Shown: positions 39,510-54,200 of the stretch, one piece after another | How the letters are laid out: every line of letters starts with the position of its first letter | Numbering within the stretch: the stretch's first letter is position 1 | NCBI RefSeq assembly: GCF_001194135.2 | Contig: NC_068982.1 | Span: 45,052,145-45,116,144, forward strand | Source of the DNA: Octopus bimaculoides | Taxonomy: Eukaryota | Direction of reading: 5' to 3' | Length of the DNA stretch: 64,000 nucleotides | Program-made: the position numbers and the translations under genes | Notes under the pieces: generated by a model | What the model saw: the letters and a program-made list of their open reading frames with translations, nothing else | The model's database searches: none | What the model was told of the DNA's origin: nothing

Positions 39510-42500
39510 TAATAATAATAATAATAATGATAATAATAATAATAATAAATAATAATAATAATTCTTTGGACATATATATAAAATGTGTATGATTAAACAC
39601 TGCCTGAAAGGAATTTAGCTTTAAGCAAATAGTTGAAGATGTAATATCTTAACTAGAGCTGCATAATCAATTTTCAGAAACTGATGATTTTACTCTAGAA
39701 AAGAAATCAAAAAAATCCTCAATGTTTAAATAGATGAAAGGTAAAAAAACTCAGTTACCTGAAGGTTCTCAGGGCAGAAATCGTGACCAGATATATTAAT
39801 AGCAGACAGAAAGATTGATTCCATTTGATTATGTCGCAGTTCAAAGGCAGGCTGATGTGCAGCAATCAGAATCTTAAAAAAGAAATGGCGAATATTGATT
39901 AACTGATAAATCAAAACAACCTGGAAGCTAAATGGTACAGTCACAGCTATTTTGTCATTATAGAATAGCTGCAACTCCTAATCCCAAAGTTCTGCATTTC
40001 AACAACTACAACATATAATTAGTTCATTTTCTCACTTAACTAACTGCAACAATCTTCCCTTTTGATTTCATGCAAGCACTTACTTTTTAAATGATCCAAA
40101 ACATTGTGACAAGAAATGGCTTAACCCTTTAGCATTTAAACCAGCCATATCCAGCTAAAATACTCTGTTTTATCTTCAGATCCACCAGATCTGACCTCTC
40201 ACACATACTCTACAATGTCATTTTAAAAATAAACAGTCACATCATTGAAATCTCAAAGCTATAAGACAGTGCATGATCACTTCAAAACAAAACAAATAAA
40301 TACTACATTTGAAAAAGTAATCTGAAAGCTAAAGGGTTAAACCAGCCATATCCAGCTAAAATACTCTACCACCTTCATGTTCAAACCAGCCAGATCTGAC
40401 CTATCACACCTACCCTACAATGTCATTCTAAAAATAAACAAATACATCATTGAAATCTCAAAACTACAAGATAGTGCATGATTAATTCAAAATAATGTGA
40501 ATAAACAAGCATTATATTTGACTGAGTAATATAAATGCTAAAGGGTCTAATGACCCAAGATCCTGCACCACTCACTTTTAATTCCACCAATAAAAAAAAA
40601 TAATAAAATCGATAACTTACCTGTCGTGCTCGGAGAGCTACTTTGGCATTTTCAGTTTTGTTCAGAGTGGTCAACTCACTGAGAATCTGTGCTAGGTCAT
40701 CAGTGAGACCAGATTCATTTCCACACAGGTATTCCTGCAAAAAATACTTTATCAGTTAATTTTCTATTTTTTTTTAAATTTCATTTAATACTTAATATAT
40801 ATTTCTTTTTACAGGTACATTGCATGTTATTCAGCAACTGCTGAAGATCACAGTAAGCCATAAGAATATTAATTTTAAAAAGCAGAACTTAATTCTAGAG
40901 TACTAGAGTATTAACATATAATGCATTAACACTCTCTTTAGTACAGTATTTCATAAAAAAAAAAAAATTAAGCTTTACAGAATCATTTACCACCAAAGCT
41001 TTGATAGTTTTAAAAAGTGTAGTGTTTAGTGACTTGTATCCACTTCACCAAACATTTGGTAACAATATATTTCAATTCTTTAAACCTTTTGACAGATCTC
41101 CTTACAAACTCATAACTCAAGCAGAATAAGCTATTTACTCTCTTTCAACTCACAGATTTCCAAGATATCTACTAATAAACAACTCTTGAGGATAAATATT
41201 CCCTAATATTTATCAAATATCAAAATTGTATATAATTTTTACCAATACAGAATAAGCACAGTAAAGAAAATTTTTGTCTGCATGGGCATCAAATCAATGA
41301 CACAACAAATCTGATTCTTGGTAGTCCTGTGGAACATTTCACAAAGATTTTCTAACAATATTACAGAATTGGTTTGCATTAAACTGGAGTTCAAATTATT
41401 TGCTACAGGAGTCAATGAACTGAGATTGCCACTTTGTAAGTTAACTTTCATATCCACTGACACACTGCATCGCCAAAGACAAGACATCGACTTCTCAACT
41501 ACCCATTAAGCTATCCTCACTCTTGGTTCAAATGACAGAATTCCAATCAGTTTTTGTGAACCAAATTCCATTCACAAAGCTTCATGCATCTCAAGGCACA
41601 GCATGGTAGGATTGAACCTGAAGCCATGTAGTTGTGAAAACTACTTAACCACAAAATTATGCCAACATCCGGGAACTTGGACATCATCATTCAATGTCCG
41701 CTTTCCATTCTGCACAACTACTAAATCCACTCACAAGACTTTGGTCAGTTTGGGGTTTTAATAGAATATACTTGCCCAAGCTGACACACAATGAGATTGG
41801 TCATATTATAATTTTTTAATAGAATATGAAATGTTTAGCAATATGTAATACAAAAAAAAAAGCAAAATAACTGGAAAATAAAATAAGAAAACACCACAAA
41901 CAAATAGCCAAAATCATATTGGCTTCCAGTGGTATGTAAATGCCTCACACATTTAAACTTCACAAATGAAATGAAAGAGTGTAAGCATGCCTATGTGTAA
42001 CACAACTTTACTTACTATGAGTAATATGACCAGTTCATTCTTTTCCGCAATTGCAGAATGAGAAAAAATTGTAGCTGTAACTGCACCCATGTCATCCTTG
42101 TGTCTTTCTCGAACTTGGGCAACACATTTATCATAGTGACCTACAAAGTGACCAAAGACATAATTAGGCAATTAGTTCATACTATTAATTACAGCATTGG
42201 AAATGAAAGACTGCACATTTTAGGGAATAATATATATATATATATACACACATGAACGGGTGCTAAAAAAGTTCTTGGCTTTAAGAGTATTACGAAAGGC
42301 CTGGTTGGAGGCCAACCTTCTGAGTTCTTTTACAGGGCTTAGAAAAACTGAAGGACCATTGCAATAACCGCATGAATCTGAAAGGGGAATATGTTCAATG
42401 AAATCACAATTAACTGATCCTCCTGTATTTTCTTTTACCCAAAGCCTGAAATTTTTCAGCATCCCCTTGTATNNNNNNNNNNNNNNNNNNNNNNNNNNNN

Positions 42501-43228
42501 NNNNNNNNNNNNNNNNNNNNNNNNNNNNNNNNNNNNNNNNNNNNNNNNNNNNNNNNNNNNNNNNNNNNNNNNNNNNNNNNNNNNNNNNNNNNNNNNNNNN
42601 NNNNNNNNNNNNNNNNNNNNNNNNNNNNNNNNNNNNNNNNNNNNNNNNNNNNNNNNNNNNNNNNNNNNNNNNNNNNNNNNNNNNNNNNNNNNNNNNNNNN
42701 NNNNNNNNNNNNNNNNNNNNNNNNNNNNNNNNNNNNNNNNNNNNNNNNNNNNNNNNNNNNNNNNNNNNNNNNNNNNNNNNNNNNNNNNNNNNNNNNNNNN
42801 NNNNNNNNNNNNNNNNNNNNNNNNNNNNNNNNNNNNNNNNNNNNNNNNNNNNNNNNNNNNNNNNNNNNNNNNNNNNNNNNNNNNNNNNNNNNNNNNNNNN
42901 NNNNNNNNNNNNNNNNNNNNNNNNNNNNNNNNNNNNNNNNNNNNNNNNNNNNNNNNNNNNNNNNNNNNNNNNNNNNNNNNNNNNNNNNNNNNNNNGCATC
43001 TCATGTGCCACCCGCACAAGAACCAGTCCAGGGGCACTGGCAACGATCTTACTTGGCTTGCCGGGTCTTCTCACGCACAGCACATTTCCAAAAGTCTCGG
43101 TCAGTAGTCATCGCCTCGGTGAGGCCCAATGTACGAAGGTCTTGCCTCACCACCTCAGCCTAGGTCTTCCTGGGCCTACCTCTTCCACGGGTTCCCTCAA
43201 CTGTTAGGGTGTGGCACTTTTTCACGCA

Positions 43229-43264
<36 letters not shown>

Positions 43265-46200
43265 GGAACAGCCATGGTTGTGTCAAGAAGTTTGCTTCTC
43301 ATCAACATGGTTTTAGGTTCAGTCCACCTGTGTGACATCTTAGGCAGGAGTCTAGCCCCAGGCTGACCAGAAATGAATGATACCACTTGTATAACAATGG
43401 CACTCACATACACATACAGCCATGCCTGTACATATATAAATTAAATATACTTTAACCCTTTAGCAATCACATTGTTCTGTTGAAAGTAATGCTTATTTCT
43501 TCACAATGTTTTGAATTAATCCTGCAATATCCTGTAACTTTGAGATTTTGATGAGGTAACTATTAATTTTTAAAATTATATTGCAGGGTTGTTGTGAGAG
43601 GCCAGATATGGCCAGTGTGAACATAAAACAAGTAGAATATTTTGGCTGGATATGGCTCATTTAAATGCGAAAAGGTTAAAAGTAGAAAAAATATTATTTA
43701 ATTTGAAATCAATGCCAAAACATAGCAATTACCATGCTGAAACTGAGCTTCAACTTGAACATAACATTTCAAAAGATCACGAACAACTGATTTCATGTGG
43801 CCTCGGATACCATTTCGATATCTGCAATGATTAAAATAAATATTAGCCTTCATGAAGGAAGAAGATATCACTCACATATAATTTATACATTTTATTTTTC
43901 GTATACATAAAAGACAGACATTAAACAATGAGGATGAATTTTTTTTTTCGCACAAAATATTAACATCTGTGTTGATATTTTTTTTAATACAAACCTCTGC
44001 ACAAGCTGCACAATTCCTTGGGTGGTCATAAAAAACACCTCTCTTTCAGCTCGTCGGTTTAGTGTGGCTGCATGACTGTCAATCACATGAGCAATCTGGT
44101 AATTGAAATTAATTAACATTACTAATTAAAAAATACATGACATTTGGAAAGTATATAACGATCATTATATTGGATAAAATATTCCACAAAATCACAGCAA
44201 AATTAGGGTTAAGGTTAGGGTCATAAGATAAAGGTGACATGAGACAAGTTAGCTTCAGTTGAACTTCAAGATTTTCTCATATATTCTGATGTTTCTTGAG
44301 CTAACTTTATATGGCAACTAATAAAGACAATGTTTATTTTATACAATATTTATTTTATTTCATTGTTAATCCTCCTAAAATGATTAGTTTTTAATGAGTC
44401 TCATCAAAGAAGGAGTGGATCCTGCTCTGCTTTACTTCATTTTGAAGAGGATTTATAGAGAACTTAATTCTGCTGATGTTTTCCATTTCCTAAAAACTCA
44501 AGTGGTTTCTAGTGTACCATATTTATTTGTGAAAATTACATACTCATGTATAATGCAGAAACCAAATTAAGGACATTTTTTTTCTAAAACTATGGTCTAT
44601 TATCCTCTGCTTTTGAAACGTATTATACAAACTGATAAAATAAAATATTATACATTGAATGATAAAAAATAAACCCAAGGAAAGTATACAAAATTTGAGA
44701 AAATGTTTCAACTGTATGTACTCACATCTTGACTTGGAAACTGGGAGAGAACTGATGTTATATTTTTAGCATATGATGTTATTAATTTACGAATTGACTT
44801 TTCTACATGTGGTGCCACTCTTCCAGCACTCATAGAAATGAGGTCCTACAAAAAGAAAAATATATATATCAATCTATAAACTTGCACTTGTTTTAGTAAT
44901 TCTTCAGAAAAATTAGACTGGGTTTTGTTTTGTTATAATATATAATGAAGAGAGCTGGTAATTGATCTCTATTTTGTAATTTTATAAACCTTGATTATTG
45001 TAAAATAGTAATAGTTGTCATTGATAAAAACTAGAGAAGATATATATTGCATTCTTAAGTGTTTGAAGAATAAAGAAGAAATGGAGGGCTGAATCAAACT
45101 TCATATTCAGTATTTCAGTTTTAACATATATTTATTTTATAATGAACATTAATGTCTATCAGGTTCTACAATCAAGTATCATTTAACATTTGTTTTCCAT
45201 GCTTGCATGGGTTAGACAGTTTTACTAGAGCTGGTGAGCCAGAGAGCTGCATCAGGTTCCAGTCTGTTTTGGCTTGGACCTTATGGCCAGATGCCCTTCC
45301 TAATGCCAATCATTCCACTAAGTGTATTGGGTGCTTTTTATGTGTCACTGGCACATTGCAATCCTGCTTATCTCTCCTCCTCTCATCACCCTCGTTGAGT
45401 CTCACCTCGAGGCCCTGCATTAATCAGTATACCCAGTCCTTCCTTCCCTAAATATCATCACCCCTTTTGTGCAAAACTCTCATGAAAGTGTTGATGTACA
45501 AAAGTTTAAGAGGAACATTATTGCATCAATCTCACTAGTCCAAGAGGGCAAGAAAGGCCATGAGCACCTTTTCACTAGTTCCAGCAAATAGAAAAAAAAA
45601 AAAGAATGCATTTGGGATATATGCTATGAGAAAAAGAAAATATTTTGAATGATTAAACAATAGGGTTCACTATGGAGCCATTTCACTCTATAGAGATCTT
45701 AGCTAAGACAATTACACCTTGAATTTATTTGCAAATCAATTGTTAATTCCGTCCACATTTTATAGTAAATATTAAAATATTTTCTTTACCTGAAGTTCAA
45801 GCAAAGGCAGATTAGGGTCTCGCAAACATTTCATTAGTGTTTGGACAGATTCCTTGAGGCGTTCACTAAAATATGGACTTGGTAAGACATAGCCTGCTAA
45901 AATGTTCTCCAGTTCAGCTTTGATACTTGTAAACACTTGATGCAGCTTGTTACCACTAGTTGATTGATTTCTGTTGTATGGTAAGCTACCATCATAAAGT
46001 TCCGCCTACAAAAACAAATCGTTTAAAATTACAATTAGGAAAATTTCAAACAAAAGAAAAAATATATATAATTAAAACTGAAGGTGTAAATAAAAAGAAA
46101 ATTTTACCTGTTGTGTTCTACTTGGGTCATCTAAATCTAAGGTAGCAATAGTTACACCAGGCTCAAGTAGAGCTCCAGGGCGTTTTTTATAATAAATGCT

Positions 46201-48253
46201 GGAAATAAACAACAAAATATCAATCATAATATGTAAAACCTCAACATCAGTCCAATGACTGAAACAAGTAAGAGATAAAAGATAATTAATTAGAAGGATA
46301 AATTGACTTACCAACCACTTTCTGGAACTTTAAGAGTAAGATTCATTTTCATAACTTCCATTTCAGCATACGGCTCCCCACTGAAAAGATGTCCTCCGTC
46401 TTCTACTTTATATGAAAGTAGTTTTCCAGCAGATGGGGATCTAAAAGAAATAAAATTATCATTGAAAATTAATAGTTAAAATACATACATATGTATGTAC
46501 AACAGTGAGGAGTGAAAAGGGGGAGGGAGAGAGAGAGGGGACAAAAAGAAAAAGGAATGAAGAAAGGAAGAAAGAAAGAAAGAAACAAACAAACAAATAA
46601 GAAAGACACAACTATATAATCAAATCACAACAAAGCTATCAGTAAAAAAATAAGTCACTAATATCTTTTATTTACTATAACTTAAGATTACAAGTGAATC
46701 AAACACTTATCATAGGTTTTCAAAATTTTCCTTTATCCAATATAACCTAATATCGGTTTCAAATTTTGACACAATGACCAGTGAGGTCAGGAGAGGGGTT
46801 AAGTCAATTACATCAACCCCATTGTTCAACTGGTACTTATTGTATAACCTCAGTGAAATTTGAATTCAGAACATAAACACAGATGAAATGTCGCTAAGCT
46901 AATGATTCTGCCAGAACTGGAACTAATAGAAGATGATAAAAGATAACAATGACTGCAAGAAGCAATGCTGGTATAGTAAAACAATGTAAAACAAAGACAA
47001 ACAAGAACAATGATGTGTATTTATTTTTGTATGGCCTGTCAGTAAAATAAGTAGCAGTTGAGCACTGGGAATTGATGTAATTGACTCACCCTGTCCCCAC
47101 AAAATTTCAGGCCTTGTGCTTATAGTAGAAAGGTTTATTGTAATAGACTTTGTAATCTTGATTTTAGTAGACACAAGGGACAGAGGTAACTGATGAAACT
47201 CTTTGAAACAACCCAATATCCTAGTACATGAGATATACAAATGTTTTAGTGTCATTTAGGACCAGACCGCAAATCTATCATACTATTTTTTGTTTGTTTG
47301 TTTTTTTAATCTGTTCAAAGAAAGAGGCTGAACCCAAAAGCTTTGCAGGTCCTCCAAAACTGATAATATCGATGTGGCTTATGGTTCCTCTCGAACAGTT
47401 GCAAATCAGTGTAATATGACAATTTAAAACGTGTTCTATTTTCTTGTCTTCTGGTACAATTTAATTCAATGAAGCAAAAGAAATGCAAGATATTACAATA
47501 ATTTTTCAACAACTTTATATCCATTACACAAATAATGAGACTTGCTCTTAAAGCCATAATATTTTAGGGTGCAGAACTACATATCTAAGGTTCTCAGAAA
47601 CCAGGTGGATAAAATAAGTTATATAAATGGTATACTTGTAGAGAATCAGTCATACAAAATAATGACTGATTTAAGCAAGTGTGTAATTCAACATCCCTGT
47701 ATCATCTTAACCCTTTAGCATTTAAACCAGCCATATCTGGCCAAATATTCTACCTGTTGTATGTTCAAACTGGCCAGATCCAGCCTCTCACACCTACCCT
47801 ACAATGTCATTCTAAAAATAAACAATCACATCATTGAAATTTTGAAGCTATGAGATAATGCATGATTAATTCAAAACAATGTGAATAAATAAGCTTTATA
47901 TTTGACACAATTATCTAAACACCAAAAAGTTAACCAGGGAGTTTTATGTCTATTGTATTGTAGTTAATCATAAAATAATACAATGTTCATGTTAAAATAT
48001 AATAGTTACCTGAGTACAGTGGGGTCATTTTCTTTCAGAAAGACACAAGTTTTATTGCCGATGGTAACTCTGTAGCTATCAACTTCTTCCTTCATGTAAG
48101 TGGTATAACTGGATCCACCTACTGATAGCAATAACCCACCATCGGTCAGACTGAAAATAAAATCAGGAAAATAATTGTATAATAGTTTTTATTCCTAACT
48201 AGCAAAGAAAGAAATGAAAGCAAAATTGAATTGGTTCCTATCAGAAATCACCC

Positions 48254-48296
<43 letters not shown>

Positions 48297-51200
48297 ACCG
48301 ATGAGCTTCAATATCCATGTAGGAGCCATTCATTAGAACAAAGTAACTTGCCAGTCCTGTCCTCACAACCTATCATACAAAAACAAAAAAATCACATATT
48401 TATTTTTTATTTGATTCAGTTACTAGAGTATAACCATGCCAGGGCATGAATTTTTAGTTGAATGAACCAACAGCACCACTTATTTCTTTTTTGGATTTAT
48501 TCTATCGTCTCTTTTGCCAAACCGCTACATTACGGAGACATATACACATCAACACTGGTTGTCAAGTGATGGTGGAAGAAAAACACAGATACAAAGGCAC
48601 ACACACATAGACATAAATGAGCTTCCTTCAGTTTCCAGCTACCAGATCCACACTCACAAGGCTTTAGTTGGCTCGAGGCTATAGAAGACACTTCCCCAAT
48701 ATTAAAAAGAAATTAAAGAATAAATAAAATTACTGCTAAAAACATTGTTTTTAAGTGCATAATTTAAATTGAATTTGAACAAATAGTATTGTTAATCAGA
48801 ACTAAAAATGGGGCTTCCTACAAAACTTATTGTTCAGCAATTCATTTAAGGACCATGTGGTTTCAGTAATATATTGCCCACTGTGCAACATATTGGGCAA
48901 GTGTTTTCTGCTTTAGTGGTATTTGGTTAAACAGAACCTGTTCAGAATCTTATTGTATGTCTACTGTTCATCTGTTTCATTTAATATCAGTTTCCTCCAT
49001 GGTAACATGATTTAGACGGTGTGAGAGAAGGGTGAATTATCAAGACAGGATTTTTAAGGCCATTTTTAAGGTACATGACATACATACAGACACACAAACA
49101 TATACACACAAAATGAATGAGATGTTAAACTGAAAGACTACTCATTGCCAGAACCTTAGAATGTTTGATTCTATAGATCAGTGTGTATACGAGTAAATGT
49201 ATTTTGCATACAACTAAACTTACAAAATAACAAATAATAAGTGAAAGGTAAAAACCATACCAAAAGAATTTGGCATTAGTTACTTGCTAGTGCTTTGCTT
49301 TAAACAAATTTCATGTCAATGCCACATTAAAAGCACCCAGTACACATCGAAAAGTGGCTGGCATTAGGAAGAGCATCCAGCCATAGATATCAAGCCAAAT
49401 CAGAGTGGAACCTGGTGCAGCTCACCTACTTGCAAACCTCTGGTCAAATTGTCCAACCCATGCCAGCATGGAAAAATGGATGTTAAAGGGGATGATGATA
49501 ATAATAATGATGATGATGATGATGAAATCCCACTTGCTTTGAAACATATGTCCATTAGGGTGACAAAATAATTCTTCTTATCTTCTATTATAATGAACAA
49601 GGTCTGAAATTTTTAGAGGAGGGTCTATTTGATTACATCGACCCCAGTGGTTGACTAGAACCTATTTCATTGACTCTAAAAGGATAAAAGATAAAACTGA
49701 CTTTGGCCACATTTGAACTCAGAATGGACAGAGCTGAAATAAATGCTGCTAAGCATTTTGTCCACTATGCTAACAACTCTGTCAGTTCACCACCCTTGGG
49801 TCAATGAAATAATATTGGTTTCAAATTCTGGCACAAGGCCGACAACTTCGGGGGAAGGAGTAAGTTGATTACATACATTGACCCCCAGCACTCAACTGGT
49901 ACTTATTGTATCAACCCCAAATGGATGAAAGGTAAAGTCAAACTCAGCAGTTGATAAAAATAATATTAACATAAACAAATCTAAAGCAGTTCCTTACTGT
50001 CGTAACATATTTCACACCATCGTAAATGAACTCGACATCCACTTTATTTTTCAGAGAATTTGCAGGAAATATCTGGCCTCTGAAAAAAAGAAAAGCAAGG
50101 AAAACTTTAGCTACTAACATCTGCAAAAAAAAAAAATCGTTAATTTTTTTAATTTTCAAAATTCTGAAAGAGATGAGAGACAGAGGAGAGAAGAGAGAGA
50201 AGAAAAGAGAAAGAGAGAGACAGTGTGTGTGTTTGTGTGTGTGTGTGTGTGCGTGCATGCATACATGCATGCGTGCATGTGTGAGAATGAGAGGAATAAA
50301 ATAGGTCATTATACTGTTTTACATTCATTTATTTAGTCTTGTATGGTTAGGATGATCATTTCATTGAAACAATTGCTTTTGCAGCTGAATGTCTTTTCTA
50401 TTGCAAACCATTGAACAGTAAAGTAGGAGTAAAACCTTCCTTTGTTCAGTTGAGCAAACTAGAAAAAGCGTTCAACACAATGACTTTTGAACTTAACGAA
50501 CTGTGTTCTATACTAACTTCATCATAAACTTTCAACCACTGACTATAGAGAAAGAAAAATTTCAGTCTCTAAATTTTCTCAATAACAACACATGTAAACA
50601 ACTGATGAATTAGTAGCACATATATTGGATACGTCAAAACTTTGTCATTAAAACCTGTATGATAATACAGTGGCAAAAAAATAATAACAAAGATGTTAAT
50701 GGCAATTTCACTAAACCAGAGGCAAATTGCCTCAGTATGCAAGTGGTCTGAAGTGTTTTCTTTGCACCCTAAACTTGCCAACAAATAAGAAAGAGATGTT
50801 GATAGGGTATATGCATCAATCTGATACAAATGTGATATTTGCAACATAAATATCAGTAATAAAATAATATAAAAGGCAGTACAAAGTAACTTAATATCAT
50901 GAAGAAATGAGCAAAAGCAGGCAAGAAGGAGATTAATTCTCCTGCAATAATCAATATTTCTAAAAGTGGGATTTATGAAAATAATTATATGTTGACTTTG
51001 ATTAAATATATGAATCGAATGATGTATACTAATGGCAACAGTTCAGGTTTTAACAACATAAACACTATTTTCAGGAACACAATTTGAAATTTGCAGATCA
51101 AAATTTACAATAAAAGAAAGGTAGGTAAGCTTATACATCAAGACAGCATTAGAGGACCAAAAATTCCATATGGAATGCAGCAGGATTTGAAAAGATAGTG

Positions 51201-54200
51201 ACGATGTTTGAATGGTTACACAACATATTTACAATATATTCTATGTCAACTTGTGCGCCAGAATAGATCGTAATAAGAAAACCAAGAAATATAAAACATT
51301 CTAAAATATACAGTTATGTACAATTATATTTAACATGTTTATGTAATTTTTTTCTCAAGACAATTTGTGCAACAAATTTTCTGAGTCCAATGTACAAGAA
51401 CAGGTTTAAATATAACTGTACATTACTATATTTCATTCAACACTATTTGGTGCACCTCTAATTAATTATAAAATGTGATATCTAATATTTGTTTTAAAGC
51501 ATATGAAATAAAATAATTAAGGTAATCAGACCTTTCTAAAGCATTTTGAAAGTTCTGGAAACAAGTGAATATTGTATGATCAGCAAGATGGAGAGATCCA
51601 CTGATGACACCAAGAATTATATCAGGTTTTTCAGCCTAGAAATGAATAAAATAAAATGTTATTTAATAAGTGTGCACAAGTACAGTAATATTGGTTTCAA
51701 TTTTTGACACAAGGCCAGGAAGTTCAGGGTGGTGGATAAGTCAATTAAATCAACCCCTGTCCTCAAATGGTACTTATTTTATCATCCTTGAAAGAATGAA
51801 AGGCAAAGTCAACCTCAGCAGCTTTTGAACTCAGAACATAAAGATAGACAAAATACTGCTAAGCATTTTGCCTGATGCGCTAATGATTCTGCCAGCTCAA
51901 CACCTAACACAAGGAAAGTAATATCAAATTGTAATAGATTACAGCATATGAAGCTAGAAGTTTTTAGAAAGCAACAAATCTAGCAATATTCAAAACATTT
52001 CACCATGCTTCTTTCTATACACTCTTGACAGTAAGACTTATGCAATAAAGCAGCTCCTATTTTGGAATGTAACAGTGTAAGTTAACCTTTAGACTTCCAC
52101 ATCTGTCTATTACATACAGAGTTGGCTAAAATCTATAAATATATTCTGTAGCACAGTATAGCAAAGACCATGCAGTTCGTCACATTTTAGCAAGTCTTTT
52201 ACAATAAAGCTAATTAATAAATCCATGCTTTAAGATTGTGAACAGATGTCATGTGTGACATAGATCTGTTATTATTAGTATTATCAGTATGTATTCTTCT
52301 ATATACTCTGTCATCAGGTGTGGTGATGTTTGTTTTAATAAAGTTCAGAAGATAATTTAGAATAATTGAATCATTATGAAAAGTGCTTGTTTTCCATTTT
52401 TTTAAGCGCTCATATGGTACCATGTAAAAGCACGCAGTACATTCTGTAAAGTGGTTGGCGTTAGGAAAGGCATCCAACAACAGAAACCATACCAAATCAG
52501 ACTGGAACCTGATGCAGCTCTCCAGCTTGCTAGCTCTGGTCAAACCATCCAACTCATGCCAGCATGGACAATGGATGTTAAATGACAACAATGAAGAGAA
52601 ATTTTAGCTATAAAAGCCTTTTCCTCTTTGGTTTTGACAAGATTTTAAACTTAATGCACAAGAATAAATTACAAAATTACTATATTTTATGGTATATAAG
52701 ACACTCATTTTTCAAAGAAATGTGTCAAAAAATCACCTTGGGTCTTGTATGCAAAGTTGGGCCTATATTACATATTTTAATGCACTAAAAACCGTTTTTC
52801 TTGAATATACACCACTTATATTGAAGTGTGTATTTTATGCTATCAAATACTGTAAGTATTGAAGTTAATATTTTCAAGTAGAAATAAATAAAATAAGACA
52901 TAAAAGAGTTACTATTCAAAAGCATACCTGAAACTTTGTAGCGATCAACTTATCAAGCCAACCAGTAGTTAAGACATTCATTTGAAAATCTTCAGTTTCC
53001 AAGAGGCGAGTAAGGTATTCTACAGTGGTACGGAAATCACCACGGATAGATAATTCATTCAACGCCACAACCATATTTCTTAAAGAAAATAAGAAATTAA
53101 TACACATGCAGTAACCATATGGTTTGATTTCTACAGCTGGATGCTCTTCCTAACACCAACCACTTTACAAAGTGTACTGGATTTTTTTTAAATAGCACCA
53201 TCAAAAATTAATAAAACATAATTTCAAAATGATAAAGTTAAAGGAAACATTTAAGATATATTAATATGTAGCAAGAAGGAAATTATATAAGGCCCTTCAA
53301 ACAAGTTCATTAAACAGGCATAGTTAAGAAGCTCACTTTGTAACTACATTGTTTCAGATTCAGTCCCACTGCATAGCACCTTGGGCAAGTGTCTTCTACT
53401 ATAGTCTCAGAAAGATCAATGTCTTGTGAGTGAATTTGACAAACAGAAACTGTGTGGAAGCCTGTTGTTTATATACATATGTGTATGTATGTGTCATTGT
53501 GCTTGATAAGTGACATTGGCTTGTTTGTGTCTCCATAGCCTAGTGGTTCAGAAAAAGGGATTGATAGAATAAGTAGCACGCTTTAAAAATGTACTAGGGT
53601 CGATTTGTTCAACTAAATCCTTCAAAGCAATGCTCCAGCATGACTTCAGCTCTATGACTGAAACATGGAAATGATAAAAAAAAAAATTACTGAAAAAAAA
53701 AACAAACAATTCCTCAAAACTTACTCTCGTGCATCCTCCCGGCATTCTCCCCATGAAAAACAATGACCAAATTGGGAATCAGCAAATTCATGGAGACCTC
53801 CAGATGCTACAACACTAAAGTAACCCCAGACATTCTTGCTGCTGCGGAAGTTCAACTCCTGAACAGTGCCTGAGCTGGGTTTAAAGCCCTGAAAGGGAAC
53901 AGACATTGTGAAAACAATGTGAGAGTAAATCTCATACATAACAGAAAAATGATTTCCAGAGAAAAAGTACAATAATTGTATTAATAATAACATAAGAAAA
54001 AGGGAATAATAAAGATTATTATTTATAGAAGGTTTTTTTTATATACTTCTTGAACATGAATGATCTAAAATGAGTAATTTCTGTTCTGTTAAATTTATTT
54101 TTAATAATTTTTAGTAAGTAAACTTCAACACATCAGTTATTCATATTTCAGTGCTTTCCAGTTTTAAGTTTGATTGTTGTGTAGATAGGGGAATATGTAC

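Noticed and set aside
47190-47210. CTGATGA...GAAAC
   Set aside because: No credible stem II or stem I; expected by chance.
52270-52325. Minus-strand CACAC-CTGATGA plus hairpin
   Set aside because: The GAAA box is absent (ATAA); too degraded to support.
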